From NCBI GenBank assembly GCA_965221695.1, contig OZ244905.1, positions 2,368,001 through 2,432,000 on the forward strand: a stretch of 64,000 nt of DNA, written 5' to 3'. The stretch is from Gammaproteobacteria bacterium. Its GTDB lineage: Bacteria; Pseudomonadota; Gammaproteobacteria; Eutrophobiales; Eutrophobiaceae. The notes beneath the pieces are model-generated. The model did no database searches, had not been told where the DNA came from, and saw only the letters and a program-made list of their open reading frames with translations. Below are positions 1 to 10,579 of this stretch, piece after piece. The first letter of the stretch is position 1. The number at the start of each line of letters is the position of its first letter. The position numbers were made by a program, and so were the translations under genes.

Positions 1-2
1 TG

Positions 3-707
3 TGGGTGCGTTTGGATTCAAGCGCCGATACAGAGATACCTCTGTGTCCTGGATTTACTGATAAGAACTTCAAAGCAGTCCAGATTGATCCTTACGATTG
101 GCGGACTTCGGCAGCCAGACGATTGGAGAATTATGTTGATCTGGCACATTTTCCATATGTGCACCCTAATACATTATTTGATCCGAATATCATGAATGTG
201 ACTCCGCCGTATGTCGACAGGGTAGATGGACAACTGGTTTTTTATTTTGAAGCGCCTGAAGATATGCCTGTGCCGGATCTGGCGCTGATGGGAAAAACCA
301 ATTATCAGATCACGATCCCGTTTACCGTGAATGCGGAATTCTTGCTCAATACCCAAGCAGGCAGAGGCAACAGGGCAATCCTCTGGATGTCTGCCTCGCC
401 AATCGACTCAAAAAACTGCCGGGTTTTTTCATTTACCTGTCGCGATCATGATAAGGATAAACCCGATTATCCGCATGTTGCATTTCAGGAACAGGTTTTG
501 AATGAAGACAAGCCTGTAATTGAAAGCCAATATCCTCAGGAAATTCCTAACCCCTCCCAAGAAATATCGGTTCAGTCAGATAAAGTATCGATATACTATC
601 GTAAATGGTTGCGTCAACTCGCGGTAGCGGCGGAAAAAGGTCCCTCTGAATTAATGAAGTGTATTACATCAGAAGTTAAGGATCCGACCAGAAAACAGTC
701 GGTGTAG
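3..707 (+). CDS. Rieske non-haem iron oxygenase, catalytic C-terminal part, NdmA-like methylxanthine N-demethylase family (5'-truncated by window edge)
   Basis: Frame open from the window start (WVRLDSS...). Mononuclear Fe motif ENYVDLAHFPYVH plus EDKPVIESQ and DKVSIYYRKWLR blocks recalled from NdmA. The Rieske cluster motif lies outside the window. Confidence 0.85.
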   Translation, partial: WVRLDSSADTEIPLCPGFTDKNFKAVQIDPYDWRTSAARRLENYVDLAHFPYVHPNTLFDPNIMNVTPPYVDRVDGQLVFYFEAPEDMPVPDLALMGKTNYQITIPFTVNAEFLLNTQAGRGNRAILWMSASPIDSKNCRVFSFTCRDHDKDKPDYPHVAFQEQVLNEDKPVIESQYPQEIPNPSQEISVQSDKVSIYYRKWLRQLAVAAEKGPSELMKCITSEVKDPTRKQSV

Positions 708-925
708 TATAGGGTTGAATATGAAAGGATCATTAAATATTATCAGATGATTATCGGATGAACTCTTCAACAGAGAATTTATTCTTGGTACTACGGTTAG
801 CTATTGTTTGGCGCTACTTGGACATAGGTTATGTGGATTACATTTCCTTCTGTAAATTAAGCCTGTTGTGCAATATATGCATGATGAGACCAGCGATAAT
901 TTAGGGCCACTTGGGAGGAGAAAAA

Positions 926-3208
926 ATGCGGCTAATATTGACCAGTTTTAATCGAATGGCAAGAGTCACGCTACACTTCGCATTGTTATTCATTTTTTCG
1001 AATTCGGTAACGGCTCAGGGTGTGCTTGAAGAGATACTCGTAACGGCGCAAAAGCGGGAACAAAGTCTGCAAGACGTGCCCATTGCTGTGTCAGCGATTA
1101 CCGGAAATACAATAAGAAAACGTGCAATTGCTCAAGGTAGAGAGCTGTTGGATTCGATCCCGGGTTTAACTACTGCCGGCACTGGTTTTGGGAAGGTCGA
1201 GTACAGCCTGCGAGGCGTAGGTGTTGATGATTTTCAGTCCTCAGCAGGAAATGCGACTGCGATTTATCAGGATGGGGTCGTATTCGGTTCCACCTTCGGC
1301 ACATCCGGCCTGATTTTCGATCTGGATCGCGTAGAGGTATTGAAAGGCCCGCAAGGAACATTATGGGGTAGAAACACAACAGGCGGATTGGTGAATTATG
1401 TGTCCGTCAAGCCGGAAGTAGGTGGAGAAATCAATGGTTATGCCAGCGCTACCGCGGCTGAATATGATCAATACAACTTCGAAGGGGCAGTTGGTTTACC
1501 TTTAACTGACACAATGGCTGCTCGTATCAGTGGCACTTTCCGTACCCTCGATGGTTATTTTGAAAATGCTAACCCGGCAGCAACCGGAGATGATGATACT
1601 GGTGGTTATGACTGGGGTGCTATCCGGGGCCAACTGGTCTGGCAACCGGATGAGCGTTTAACAACCAGGTTGTCCATTACCTATAGTGAGCTGGATGGTG
1701 AGGACACCCCACATAAGGCATTTGGTCTAGGCGCACATCCGTTTGATTTCGGGTTCTCCTGTACTGACCCCCTGCGTGGCCGGCCTGGGTCTACTTGTGT
1801 AAACCTGTTAGGTGACGTAGCGAATTCAGACGTATATGCGACTGAGCAAGGCGAAGACGGATTTTCTAAAATGGAGTTGTTTCAAACAGCTTTATTCATC
1901 GATTATGAGTTCGATGCGGTTACTGCAACGGTGATTGCGGCGTTTCAGTCTAACGAAAGGCAGGATTTAAATGAAACGGACGGCTCTCCATCCGGAGTAT
2001 TACGGGCCAATTTTGACGATGAACACGAACAATGGAGTGTGGAAGCGAGGTTGTCCTCGAACAGCGATGGTCCGATACGATGGGTGATAGGCGGTTTTTA
2101 TTATGATGATGAACTTGAATATTTTCGATCCAATTATATTTTGGCATTTGGCGGCACCAGCGCCGGGCGTTTGAATATTATAGAGTCTGAAAATAAGGCG
2201 ATTTTTGGTGAAGTTTCCTATGATTTTACTGATCGTTTTACCGCGACGGCCGGCGTAAGGTTAACCTGGGATGAACGGGAAGGCGCTATTCGCGCCGGTA
2301 GCCTGGCGCCGCCTAATCCCACTTTGACCAACAAATTTATCGGCAGAGACCTTTGGTTCAGCCTGCCGCATGTCATACTGGCTGATGAGGATAATAAGAA
2401 AGAAGACTGGTTTGAGCCAAGCGCAAGAGTTTCATTGCAATATGCGCTGATGGAAGAAGTCAATCTTTGGTTTACCTGGTCTCGCAGTTTCAGAGGTGGT
2501 GATTTTAATGGTGGCGCATTGGCTAACGATGAATTTGAAGTCACCGATCCGGAATTTTTGAATAATTATGAAGCCGGCTTCAAGGGTGATTTCCTGAATG
2601 GGGCTTTACGCCTGAACGCATCAGGTTATTATTATGATTATACGAACAAAATCGGTTTTGTTGAGATTCCGGGCGCGCGTGGCGAGTTAGGTAGCATATC
2701 CTTGCTGGCAAACTTTGGTGATGTGGAAGGCTACGGCGCTGAAGTTGAACTTGATTGGCAACCGGTTGAGCAATTTAATATATATACAAATTTTGCATGG
2801 ACGGAGTCCGAATTCGTCACCACCAGTTTTGATCTCGGCTTTGGGGGAGGTGATGTGACCGGTAACAGGACTGCGAAAACGCCGGCTTTAACTATGAATG
2901 CGTTTTTCACTTATACAGCGCCTATGGCGCAGGGCGGCCGCTTGGATCTGACCTTCAATCCTCACTGGCGGGATAATCAATATTTCACTGATACCAATAC
3001 AGACTATGAGTCTCAGGATGCTTTTTGGATACTGAATGCCAGTATCGGTTATACCAGCGCTGACGATAAGTGGGACGCGAGACTCTGGGTCAAAAACCTC
3101 ACCGATGAAGAATGGCTCGCTGATGGATTCACTTTCATCGCTGAACATTTGTCCTTACCGGGCGGTCCGCCTCGACAAATTGGAGGTACTGTATCGTATC
3201 GTTTTTGA
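926..3208 (+). CDS. TonB-dependent receptor
   Basis: GGAGGAG RBS at 914-920 before ATG 926; signal peptide; TonB box LEEILVTAQKRE; plug motif RVEVLKGPQGTLWGRNTTGG; C-terminal YRF. Confidence 0.95.
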   Translation: MRLILTSFNRMARVTLHFALLFIFSNSVTAQGVLEEILVTAQKREQSLQDVPIAVSAITGNTIRKRAIAQGRELLDSIPGLTTAGTGFGKVEYSLRGVGVDDFQSSAGNATAIYQDGVVFGSTFGTSGLIFDLDRVEVLKGPQGTLWGRNTTGGLVNYVSVKPEVGGEINGYASATAAEYDQYNFEGAVGLPLTDTMAARISGTFRTLDGYFENANPAATGDDDTGGYDWGAIRGQLVWQPDERLTTRLSITYSELDGEDTPHKAFGLGAHPFDFGFSCTDPLRGRPGSTCVNLLGDVANSDVYATEQGEDGFSKMELFQTALFIDYEFDAVTATVIAAFQSNERQDLNETDGSPSGVLRANFDDEHEQWSVEARLSSNSDGPIRWVIGGFYYDDELEYFRSNYILAFGGTSAGRLNIIESENKAIFGEVSYDFTDRFTATAGVRLTWDEREGAIRAGSLAPPNPTLTNKFIGRDLWFSLPHVILADEDNKKEDWFEPSARVSLQYALMEEVNLWFTWSRSFRGGDFNGGALANDEFEVTDPEFLNNYEAGFKGDFLNGALRLNASGYYYDYTNKIGFVEIPGARGELGSISLLANFGDVEGYGAEVELDWQPVEQFNIYTNFAWTESEFVTTSFDLGFGGGDVTGNRTAKTPALTMNAFFTYTAPMAQGGRLDLTFNPHWRDNQYFTDTNTDYESQDAFWILNASIGYTSADDKWDARLWVKNLTDEEWLADGFTFIAEHLSLPGGPPRQIGGTVSYRF

Positions 3209-3237
3209 TTGCCAGTACTAGCCAAGTAATAAATATC

Positions 3238-3269
3238 AACAGGGTGGAGTTTTCCACCCTGTTTATTTT
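3238..3269 (+). terminator. Rho-independent terminator after the TonB receptor gene
   Basis: Perfect 11-bp stem AACAGGGTGGA-GTTT-TCCACCCTGTT followed by TATTTT. Confidence 0.75.
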
Positions 3270-3316
3270 CTCGGACTCATATTCCTACGGTATTTTAAAT
3301 TATATATGTTTTGGAC

Positions 3317-4666
3317 ATGACCAATACATCAATGGCTTCTAACAGTCTTAAAAATGCTTACCCCAATCCTGTGTACGCCTGGTACGTCGCAACGGTATTG
3401 ATGATTGCCAACATTGTGTCTTTTATCGACAGGCAAATCATCAGTTTGCTGATAGAACCCATTAAGGCGGATTTAAGCTTGACCGACACGCAAATCAGTG
3501 TGCTGCACGGTTTCGCTTTTGCAGTATTTTATGCGCTTATGGGTATACTCATCGGACGTCTGGCAGACTCAAAAAATCGTCGAACCATAATTGCTGTAGG
3601 CATCACGGCATGGAGCCTTATGACTGCTTGTTGCGGGTTGGCAAAAACCTTCTGGGTGTTTTTCCTGGCCCGCGTCGGTGTCGGTGTAGGCGAGGCGACC
3701 CTATCGCCGTGTGGTTATTCGATGATCTCTGATTATTTTCCCAGAGATAAACGCAGCAAACCCATCAGTCTGTTGGCAATGGGACCCTATGTAGGTGGAG
3801 GAATGTCGTTTATTCTGGGTGGGCTGGTAGTACAACTGGTGGCAAACAGCGCTGCGCTTGAGTTACCTATAGTGGGTGTGTTGCAGCCATGGCAAACCAC
3901 ATTTATCGTTGTCGGATTACCAGGTGTGCTGGTTGGTCTGCTGGTATTGTTAACCGTCAAGGAACCTGTCCGACATGATAAATTATTGCAACTGGAGAAT
4001 GAGCAGGAAGTTTTGCCGCTGAGTGAAACCTTTCGGTACATCGCATCACATTTTCGCGTGTATACAACCGTCACCCTGGGCTACTCCACCACTGCCATGC
4101 TGGGTTATGGTTTGCTGGCCTGGACGCCCACTTTGTTTATTCGTAATTTTGCCTGGACACCAGGCGAGGTGGGCATGGTATTCGGCCTGCTGGTATTGAT
4201 CTTTGGCGGCATCGGGACCTTTTTGGGCGGGGTCTGGGCTGATTGGTTGATCCGGCGAAAGCATGCTGATGCTTATTTGCGGGTATCTGTCTATGGCGCG
4301 GTCGGTTTGTTATTTTTTATCCTGGCGCCGCTGGCGCCCAACGCTGCTATGGTCCTGTGCCTGTTAGCGCCAACTTTATTTTTCATAGGCGTTCATGTAG
4401 GCGTCGGCATGGCTTGCATCACACAGGTCACACCCAATGAATTCCGCGGGCAGATATTAGCGATTTACCTGTTTGTGCTGATACTCATCGGCGCGGGTCT
4501 CGGACCGTTTATGGTGGCGTTCTTTACAGACTATGTGTTTAAAGATCCATTGTTAGTAAATTATTCCCTGTCACTCTTTGGAGGGATCTTCGTGCCGGTA
4601 GCCTTTATTATTTTTTACTCTGGCCTTAAACCCTTTGCAAGCATGATCGAAGAACTAAGGTACTAA
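3317..4666 (+). CDS. MFS transporter (spinster-like)
   Basis: About 12 hydrophobic helices, SFIDRQI motif, motif A GRLADSKNRR, ARVGVGVGEA. Confidence 0.92.
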   Translation: MTNTSMASNSLKNAYPNPVYAWYVATVLMIANIVSFIDRQIISLLIEPIKADLSLTDTQISVLHGFAFAVFYALMGILIGRLADSKNRRTIIAVGITAWSLMTACCGLAKTFWVFFLARVGVGVGEATLSPCGYSMISDYFPRDKRSKPISLLAMGPYVGGGMSFILGGLVVQLVANSAALELPIVGVLQPWQTTFIVVGLPGVLVGLLVLLTVKEPVRHDKLLQLENEQEVLPLSETFRYIASHFRVYTTVTLGYSTTAMLGYGLLAWTPTLFIRNFAWTPGEVGMVFGLLVLIFGGIGTFLGGVWADWLIRRKHADAYLRVSVYGAVGLLFFILAPLAPNAAMVLCLLAPTLFFIGVHVGVGMACITQVTPNEFRGQILAIYLFVLILIGAGLGPFMVAFFTDYVFKDPLLVNYSLSLFGGIFVPVAFIIFYSGLKPFASMIEELRY

Positions 4667-4675
4667 TACGATTGA

Positions 4676-5737
4676 TTGCGCCAGGAAATATCACCTGTGT
4701 TTTTATCAAGAAATTTTGCAAGTGATGCTTCCGGTTATCCGGAAAATTCAGATATTACAAAAAGTGACTGGCTGGTTCTGGCAGCGATGTGGCACCCGGT
4801 TGCCCTGATAGATGAGATCAATGAAAATCCGCGCCGCTTCACATTACTGGATCTGCCGCTGGTCATATTTCGCGCCAGCCAGGGCGTTACCGTAGCCAGA
4901 GATATCTGTCCTCATCGAGGCGCTCCGCTGAGCATGGGTCATGTGAAAGAAGACAGGATTATCTGTCCCTACCATGGGTTGGAATTCGCGCCTGACGGGA
5001 CCTGTGTCAGGATTCCGGCGCGGGAAGATCAATCTGCCCCTATCGCCGGTAGTTTTAACCTCATCACGTACCGTAACACCGAACGATATGGTTTGCTCTG
5101 GGTCTGTCTGAAGCCCGAACCGATAGTACCCCTGCCGGATTGGCCTATTCTTGGAAATGAGAAAGTGATGAGTAACCCGGATACGACGATTACAATCAAT
5201 TCCGAAGTGTGGGAAGTATCAGCGCCTCGCCACGTGGAAAATTTTAATGATCCCGCCCATCTCCCTTTCGTTCATGCGGACACGTTTGGGAATCCTGAAG
5301 ATCCAAGGATACCGGAATTTGACGTGGATATAACAGTTCCCTATGTGCTAAGACGCGTTAAATTAAGCCGTTCCGAGGTACGGGGGATTAAAAGAGACTT
5401 TGCTTTGGTGTCTGAACTGACATTGCCATTTTCCTCTATGCTGGTTGACCAAGAGGAAGACGGCAGGATAAGGTATGCCATACACGATGTTGCATCGCCT
5501 AATTCCGCTTATCAATCCACTATCTACCAGATAGCCATATCGGAATGTGATGATCCCCGGGCGCACTTGGACTATATGCTTCAGGTAAACAGCGAAGATA
5601 TAGCCCTGGTAGAAAAACTGTATCCCAAGGACTACCTGCTCAACATAAGGAACGAACGGCACACTCATGCTGATGCATGCAGCGTTGCATATAAAAAGGC
5701 TTTAGTTAAATTGGGTTTGGGTGTTGCTGAAAAATAA
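4676..5737 (+). CDS. Rieske oxygenase alpha subunit (VanA-like O-/N-demethylase family)
   Basis: Rieske motif CPHRG...CPYHG and Fe motif ENFNDPAHLPFVH; TTG start is uncertain. Confidence 0.9.
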   Translation: MRQEISPVFLSRNFASDASGYPENSDITKSDWLVLAAMWHPVALIDEINENPRRFTLLDLPLVIFRASQGVTVARDICPHRGAPLSMGHVKEDRIICPYHGLEFAPDGTCVRIPAREDQSAPIAGSFNLITYRNTERYGLLWVCLKPEPIVPLPDWPILGNEKVMSNPDTTITINSEVWEVSAPRHVENFNDPAHLPFVHADTFGNPEDPRIPEFDVDITVPYVLRRVKLSRSEVRGIKRDFALVSELTLPFSSMLVDQEEDGRIRYAIHDVASPNSAYQSTIYQIAISECDDPRAHLDYMLQVNSEDIALVEKLYPKDYLLNIRNERHTHADACSVAYKKALVKLGLGVAEK

Positions 5738-5746
5738 ACCTTGCAT

Positions 5747-7501
5747 TCACGAATACTTCTTGTATTTTTCCAGGTGGCGTATCGGTTTGGACAAGGCGTC
5801 ACGGCGGAATGGATCGCCTAACTCGCGGGTGCACATAATCTCAAGTATCGTCGTCTTGCCGCCATTCATCTGGGCATCGATTGCCTTGTTGAGCGCAGGG
5901 CCAACATCCTCCAGTTTATCGACAACAATACCTTCCGCGCCCATAGCCTGAGCAATACCGGCAAAGCTTTGGTTGTCGAGATCCCCTGCCACAAAACGGC
6001 GCCCGTAGAAATCCACCTGGTTCTTCTTCTCGGCTCCCCATTGCCTGTTGTTGAATACCACCGAAGTGACCGGGATGCCTTCACGCACGCAGGTCATTGT
6101 TTCTCCCATGCTCATACCCCAGGCGCCATCACCCACGTAAGAAATCGCGGGGCGGTCCATGGCGGCGAGTTTCGCGCCGATTATTGTGGGGAAAGCATAA
6201 CCGCAGTTGCCGAAACTCATGGCAGCAAACATGCTGCGCGGTCGTTCAAAGCGCAGATAGCTGTTCGAGACCGAGCAGATATTGCCGATGTCGGTGGATA
6301 TCATCACATCGGCAGGCATTGCCTTTTCCAGTTCCCGCAGGACCTGGCGCGGCGACAGCAAGCTACCCTCAGCTTCTTCAATCATGGTTAAACTGAAATC
6401 GTCTTTCTCATGGAGCCAGTCATCCAGTTCATTTTCCCAGGCATCTTTTTCCTGGCTGATTTCCAATATACGCTGTTCCTTACTCCGGTCGCACACCAGG
6501 GATTTTGCGTCAATGCGCGACAGTAATGCATCCGCGGCGGCCTTGGCATCGCCACAGATGCCGACAGATATCTTTTTTACCAGCCCCAGCATTTTATGGT
6601 CTGCATCTACCTGGATGATTGTCGCGTTCTCCGGCCAGTATTCCATTCCATATTGGGGCAAGGTCCCAAAAGGTCCCAGCCGAGTGCCTAGCGCCAATAC
6701 GACATCAGCCTTACTGATAAGTTTCATGCCGGCTTTGGATCCCTGATATCCCAAAGGGCCGCACCAGAGCGGATGGCTGGCGGGGAAGGAATCGTTGTGG
6801 AGATAACTGTTAACTACCGGCGCGCCAAGACGTTCAGCCAACGCTTTGCATGCATCCACACCATCGCCCATGACGACCCCACCGCCGGAGATGATGACCG
6901 GGAATTTCGCGTTGGCTAACAGGTCTGCTGCTTCATTTAAACTCTTGTCGCCACCTGGTCCTCTGTCCAGGGCACGCGGTTGCATAATTTCCGCATCAAT
7001 TTCGCCATAGAAAAAGTCTCGTGGAATATTTAACTGGGTGGGACCCATTTCCGAGAGCGCGCGCTCAAAACAACGACCAGTGATTTCAGCCATGCGTTTC
7101 GGATTATTGACGTGTCCTTGATATTTTGTGAACTCCTGAAACATGGGTAACTGGTTTGCTTCTTGGAATCCGCCCAGGCCCATGCCCATGGTGCCGGCTT
7201 CCGGGGTGATGATGACTACCGGTGAATGAGCCCAATAGGCGGCGGCGATGGCGGTTACACAGTTGCTGATCCCCGGTCCGTTCTGGCCGATACAGACGCC
7301 ATGACGGCCGCTTACACGAGAATACCCATCCGCCATATGTGCCGCGCCCTGTTCATGTACTACCGAGACCATTTTTATTCCGGCAGGTTCGAAGATATCC
7401 ATGGCATCCATGAATGCGGAACCCATAATTCCAAAAATCCTGGTCACGCCATGGGCAGCCATGGTTTCAACAAGGGCTTCGCTGGGACTCATTCGTGTCA
7501 T
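5747..7501 (-). CDS. xsc: Sulfoacetaldehyde acetyltransferase (ThDP-dependent)
   Basis: Xsc-typical FGIMGSAFMD, HEQGAAHMADGY, GQNGPGI, GDGAWGM...NNRQWGAEKKNQ and LGDPFRRDA motifs. Confidence 0.95.
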   Translation of the reverse strand: MTRMSPSEALVETMAAHGVTRIFGIMGSAFMDAMDIFEPAGIKMVSVVHEQGAAHMADGYSRVSGRHGVCIGQNGPGISNCVTAIAAAYWAHSPVVIITPEAGTMGMGLGGFQEANQLPMFQEFTKYQGHVNNPKRMAEITGRCFERALSEMGPTQLNIPRDFFYGEIDAEIMQPRALDRGPGGDKSLNEAADLLANAKFPVIISGGGVVMGDGVDACKALAERLGAPVVNSYLHNDSFPASHPLWCGPLGYQGSKAGMKLISKADVVLALGTRLGPFGTLPQYGMEYWPENATIIQVDADHKMLGLVKKISVGICGDAKAAADALLSRIDAKSLVCDRSKEQRILEISQEKDAWENELDDWLHEKDDFSLTMIEEAEGSLLSPRQVLRELEKAMPADVMISTDIGNICSVSNSYLRFERPRSMFAAMSFGNCGYAFPTIIGAKLAAMDRPAISYVGDGAWGMSMGETMTCVREGIPVTSVVFNNRQWGAEKKNQVDFYGRRFVAGDLDNQSFAGIAQAMGAEGIVVDKLEDVGPALNKAIDAQMNGGKTTILEIMCTRELGDPFRRDALSKPIRHLEKYKKYS

Positions 7502-7560
7502 TTGATTGTTACTCTCGTAATATTAATAAAGTTCACTCTACATCTGTATATTTTCTGAGA

Positions 7561-7593
7561 ATAGAACCAGTTATGCTGTATACCAAGTTCCAG
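7561..7593 (-). promoter_or_regulatory. Candidate TauR operator upstream of xsc
   Basis: Minus strand reads CTGGAACTTG-N13-CTGGTTCTAT, resembling the CTGGACYTAA direct repeats recalled for TauR. Confidence 0.5.
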
Positions 7594-7616
7594 AAAACGA
7601 TATTGTAAACGCTCTG

Positions 7617-9083
7617 TTATCTCATACGGGCCATTGTCTTCCGGATCAGGGCTATGCCATCGTTAATCTTGTCTTCTGTGATCGAAGAGAATCCAAGACG
7701 AAAATAATTCATGGGGGGTTCGCCCTGACCGAAATGGACATCTCCCGGTTCAATTAAGATACTTTGTCTGGCACATGCCTGTTCGAGCAAACGCGCATTA
7801 CATGTGTCAGGGCCCCGTACCCAGAAAGCCGTGCCGCCAAATTCAGGAATGTTTGTCGAACCCGGCAGATATTGTTCAAGCGCCTCGCACATTTGTTCCC
7901 AGCGTCTTTTTAGCGCCTGATTAAAACGGCTGATATGGGAATCATAATGCCCAAGCTGTAAAAACAGGGCAACTGTGCGTTGTACCAGGGCGGGAGGGTG
8001 GCGCAACAATAACCGCCGCAGCATTCGGGCTTGTCGTATTAACTCAGAATCTGCAACAAGAAATCCGAGGCGCAGACCCGGCGCGAGTGATTTCGACAGA
8101 CTGCCGCAGTAGATGACCCGGTTGTCCTTATCAAGACTTTTCAGAGACGGATTTGCCTGGTGGATATAATTGGCTTCAGCTTCATAGTCATCTTCTATAA
8201 TGATCAAGTCCTGCAGCTTCGCTTTTTCCAATAAGGCTTTACGCCTATCCAGGGGCATGGTAGCGGTTGTAGGTGACTGGTGACTGGGGGTTATATAGAT
8301 ATAGTCGCATCCGTCGAGTTTATCATTAATCACAAGACCATTTTCATCAATATCAAGCAGCGCCAATTGTTTGGTGCGCAATAAAAATAAATTCCGGGCA
8401 TCAGGGTAGCCGGGATTTTCAATACCTATCACGGTGTCTTTGTTGAAAAGCAATTGAGAGATGATTGACAAGGCATTTTGGGCGCCAATAGTAACTAACA
8501 GGTTTTCCGGCTTGATCCAGATACCCCGTCTGGGTAAAACCCGGATACACAATTCTTCTACCAATACCTCATCATCCTGATCGATATAGTCCAAACTCCC
8601 TGCCGTGATCACGGCCACACTTTGTGATTGACGCACACATTCCCGCCAATCAGCAATAGGGAATAAAGCAGGGTCAGACTGACCATAGATGAATGGATAG
8701 TGGTATTTTTGCCAATCAGGCGGTTTGTGAATATTACGTTGCAGAGACAGATCGGTATTCAGCCTCTGTTGCCATTTCGGAATTCCGCCGTCATCCGCCC
8801 CCCGTTTTTTTTGAAACGATGGTCTGGACTTGAGTAGCGCCGGGTTGACAAAATAACCTTGTCGTTCCCGACTGACCAGGTAACCTTCATCTATAAGGCG
8901 CTGATAAGCCAGCACGATCGTATTACGGGAGACCTGCAGTTCTTGTGCAAGCTCACGACCGGAAGGCAGCGGCAAATCGATGCTTATCCTGCCTTCAAGG
9001 ATAGCTCTGGTCAGCCCTTTTCTAATTTGCATCTGCAAACTTTCCGGGGCAGATTCGTTAAGCTGTATCAGTTGCCTCCACAT
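7617..9083 (-). CDS. tauR: MocR/GabR-family PLP-dependent regulator, TauR-like
   Basis: N-terminal GntR wHTH (LPSGRELAQELQVSRNT) plus aminotransferase-like domain (IIEDDYE, GSLSKSLAPGLRLG), adjacent to xsc. Start is ATG 9083 or 9107. Confidence 0.85.
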   Translation of the reverse strand: MWRQLIQLNESAPESLQMQIRKGLTRAILEGRISIDLPLPSGRELAQELQVSRNTIVLAYQRLIDEGYLVSRERQGYFVNPALLKSRPSFQKKRGADDGGIPKWQQRLNTDLSLQRNIHKPPDWQKYHYPFIYGQSDPALFPIADWRECVRQSQSVAVITAGSLDYIDQDDEVLVEELCIRVLPRRGIWIKPENLLVTIGAQNALSIISQLLFNKDTVIGIENPGYPDARNLFLLRTKQLALLDIDENGLVINDKLDGCDYIYITPSHQSPTTATMPLDRRKALLEKAKLQDLIIIEDDYEAEANYIHQANPSLKSLDKDNRVIYCGSLSKSLAPGLRLGFLVADSELIRQARMLRRLLLRHPPALVQRTVALFLQLGHYDSHISRFNQALKRRWEQMCEALEQYLPGSTNIPEFGGTAFWVRGPDTCNARLLEQACARQSILIEPGDVHFGQGEPPMNYFRLGFSSITEDKINDGIALIRKTMARMR

Positions 9084-9246
9084 TAGCTGGTGCGATCGCT
9101 TACTCATTTCTGGCGCTACCTGAGAACAGGGTCGATTCGTAACATCTGCACTGGACAAAAATATAAAGCTTAAACAATCATATTAGCAGATGAACAAAAT
9201 GACCAATACTCTAACAGAAGCGGTTGACTTTATATCTGAAATCGCC

Positions 9247-10575
9247 ATGAGCACAAAGCAGAATTACTCATGTGCCGATCTGGAAAATCACTGGATGCCG
9301 TTTACCGACAATAAATCCTTTAAGCGGGAACCCCGTCTGCTGGTAAAAGGAGAAGGGGTATACGTGTGGAATACCAGGGGCGAACGTTTGATTGACGGCT
9401 GTTCCGGCCTGTTTTCCGTTCCCTGTGGTCATTGCCGGCCTGAGATCGCAGCAGCGGTGCATAAGCAACTACTGGAACTTGATTACACTTCACCTTTTCT
9501 ACGCGGCCACCCCAAATCGTTCGAACTCGCAAACCGGTTAGCGGCGATGACGCCGGAACCGTTGAATCATATATTCTATGGAAACTCCGGGTCGGAAGCC
9601 GTTGATACATCCATGAAGATTGTGATGGCGTATAACTATGCGAGAGGACAATCGCAGAAGAACATATTCGTCTCCCGTGAACGGGCCTACCATGGAGTCA
9701 ATATCGGAGGCACGTCACTCGGCGGCATTGTCAAAAACAGGGAGGCTTTTACCAGTGTCCTGCCGGGTGTAACCTACATGCGTAGTACAGCAACCTCTGA
9801 TCGGAAATTTATCAAAGGCCAACCCGAGGATGGCGGACAAGAACTGGCCAACGATCTGTTACATATTGTTCAGATGTATGGAGAGAACCGGATAGCTGCA
9901 TGCTTCGTTGAGCCAATCGCCGGTTCTACCGGTGTGCTGGTCCCGCCCAAAGGGTATCTGGAGCGGTTGCGGGAAATCTGCAATCAGTATGACATCCTGC
10001 TGGTTTTTGATGAGGTGATCACCGGTTTCGGCCGCACCGGTTCGGCATTTGCCGCGCAGGAATTCAACGTTACGCCTGATATTATTACGATGGCTAAAGC
10101 TATGACGAATGCCGCCCAGCCAATGTCAGGCGTTGCTGTCCACGATCGGATATACGATGCCATTGTGAACGGTAGTGAAAACGACATGATTGAATTCTTC
10201 CATGGTTACACCTATTCTGGTCATCCTGCCGCTTGTGCTGCGGGCCTTGCAACCCTGGAAATTTATGAGAAAGAAGACCTGTTTCAACGGGCCAGAGACC
10301 TTTCCGGATATTTTCTGGAATCCTTATTCGAACTACAGGAGCATCCGATGATCACGGACATCCGCGGTTACGGTATGCTGGCCGCTATTGAACTTTTGGC
10401 TGAAGAGAGACCAGGCAAGCGCGGACATGATTTCCAGAAGCGTTTGTTTGACGCCGGCGTGCATGTCAAGACCACTGGAGATGCAGCATTGATAGCGCCG
10501 CCTTTCATAATCGAAAAATCGCAAATCGATGATATGTCAGGAATCATCCGAGAGGCGCTTGACAGTTATCTTTGA
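9247..10575 (+). CDS. Class III omega-amino acid:pyruvate aminotransferase (candidate taurine transaminase)
   Basis: HWMPFT, NSGSEAVD, FDEVITGFGRTG, PLP lysine in TMAKAM, HGYTYSGHP. Alternative starts at 9190/9199. Confidence 0.88.
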   Translation: MSTKQNYSCADLENHWMPFTDNKSFKREPRLLVKGEGVYVWNTRGERLIDGCSGLFSVPCGHCRPEIAAAVHKQLLELDYTSPFLRGHPKSFELANRLAAMTPEPLNHIFYGNSGSEAVDTSMKIVMAYNYARGQSQKNIFVSRERAYHGVNIGGTSLGGIVKNREAFTSVLPGVTYMRSTATSDRKFIKGQPEDGGQELANDLLHIVQMYGENRIAACFVEPIAGSTGVLVPPKGYLERLREICNQYDILLVFDEVITGFGRTGSAFAAQEFNVTPDIITMAKAMTNAAQPMSGVAVHDRIYDAIVNGSENDMIEFFHGYTYSGHPAACAAGLATLEIYEKEDLFQRARDLSGYFLESLFELQEHPMITDIRGYGMLAAIELLAEERPGKRGHDFQKRLFDAGVHVKTTGDAALIAPPFIIEKSQIDDMSGIIREALDSYL

Positions 10576-10579
10576 GTAA

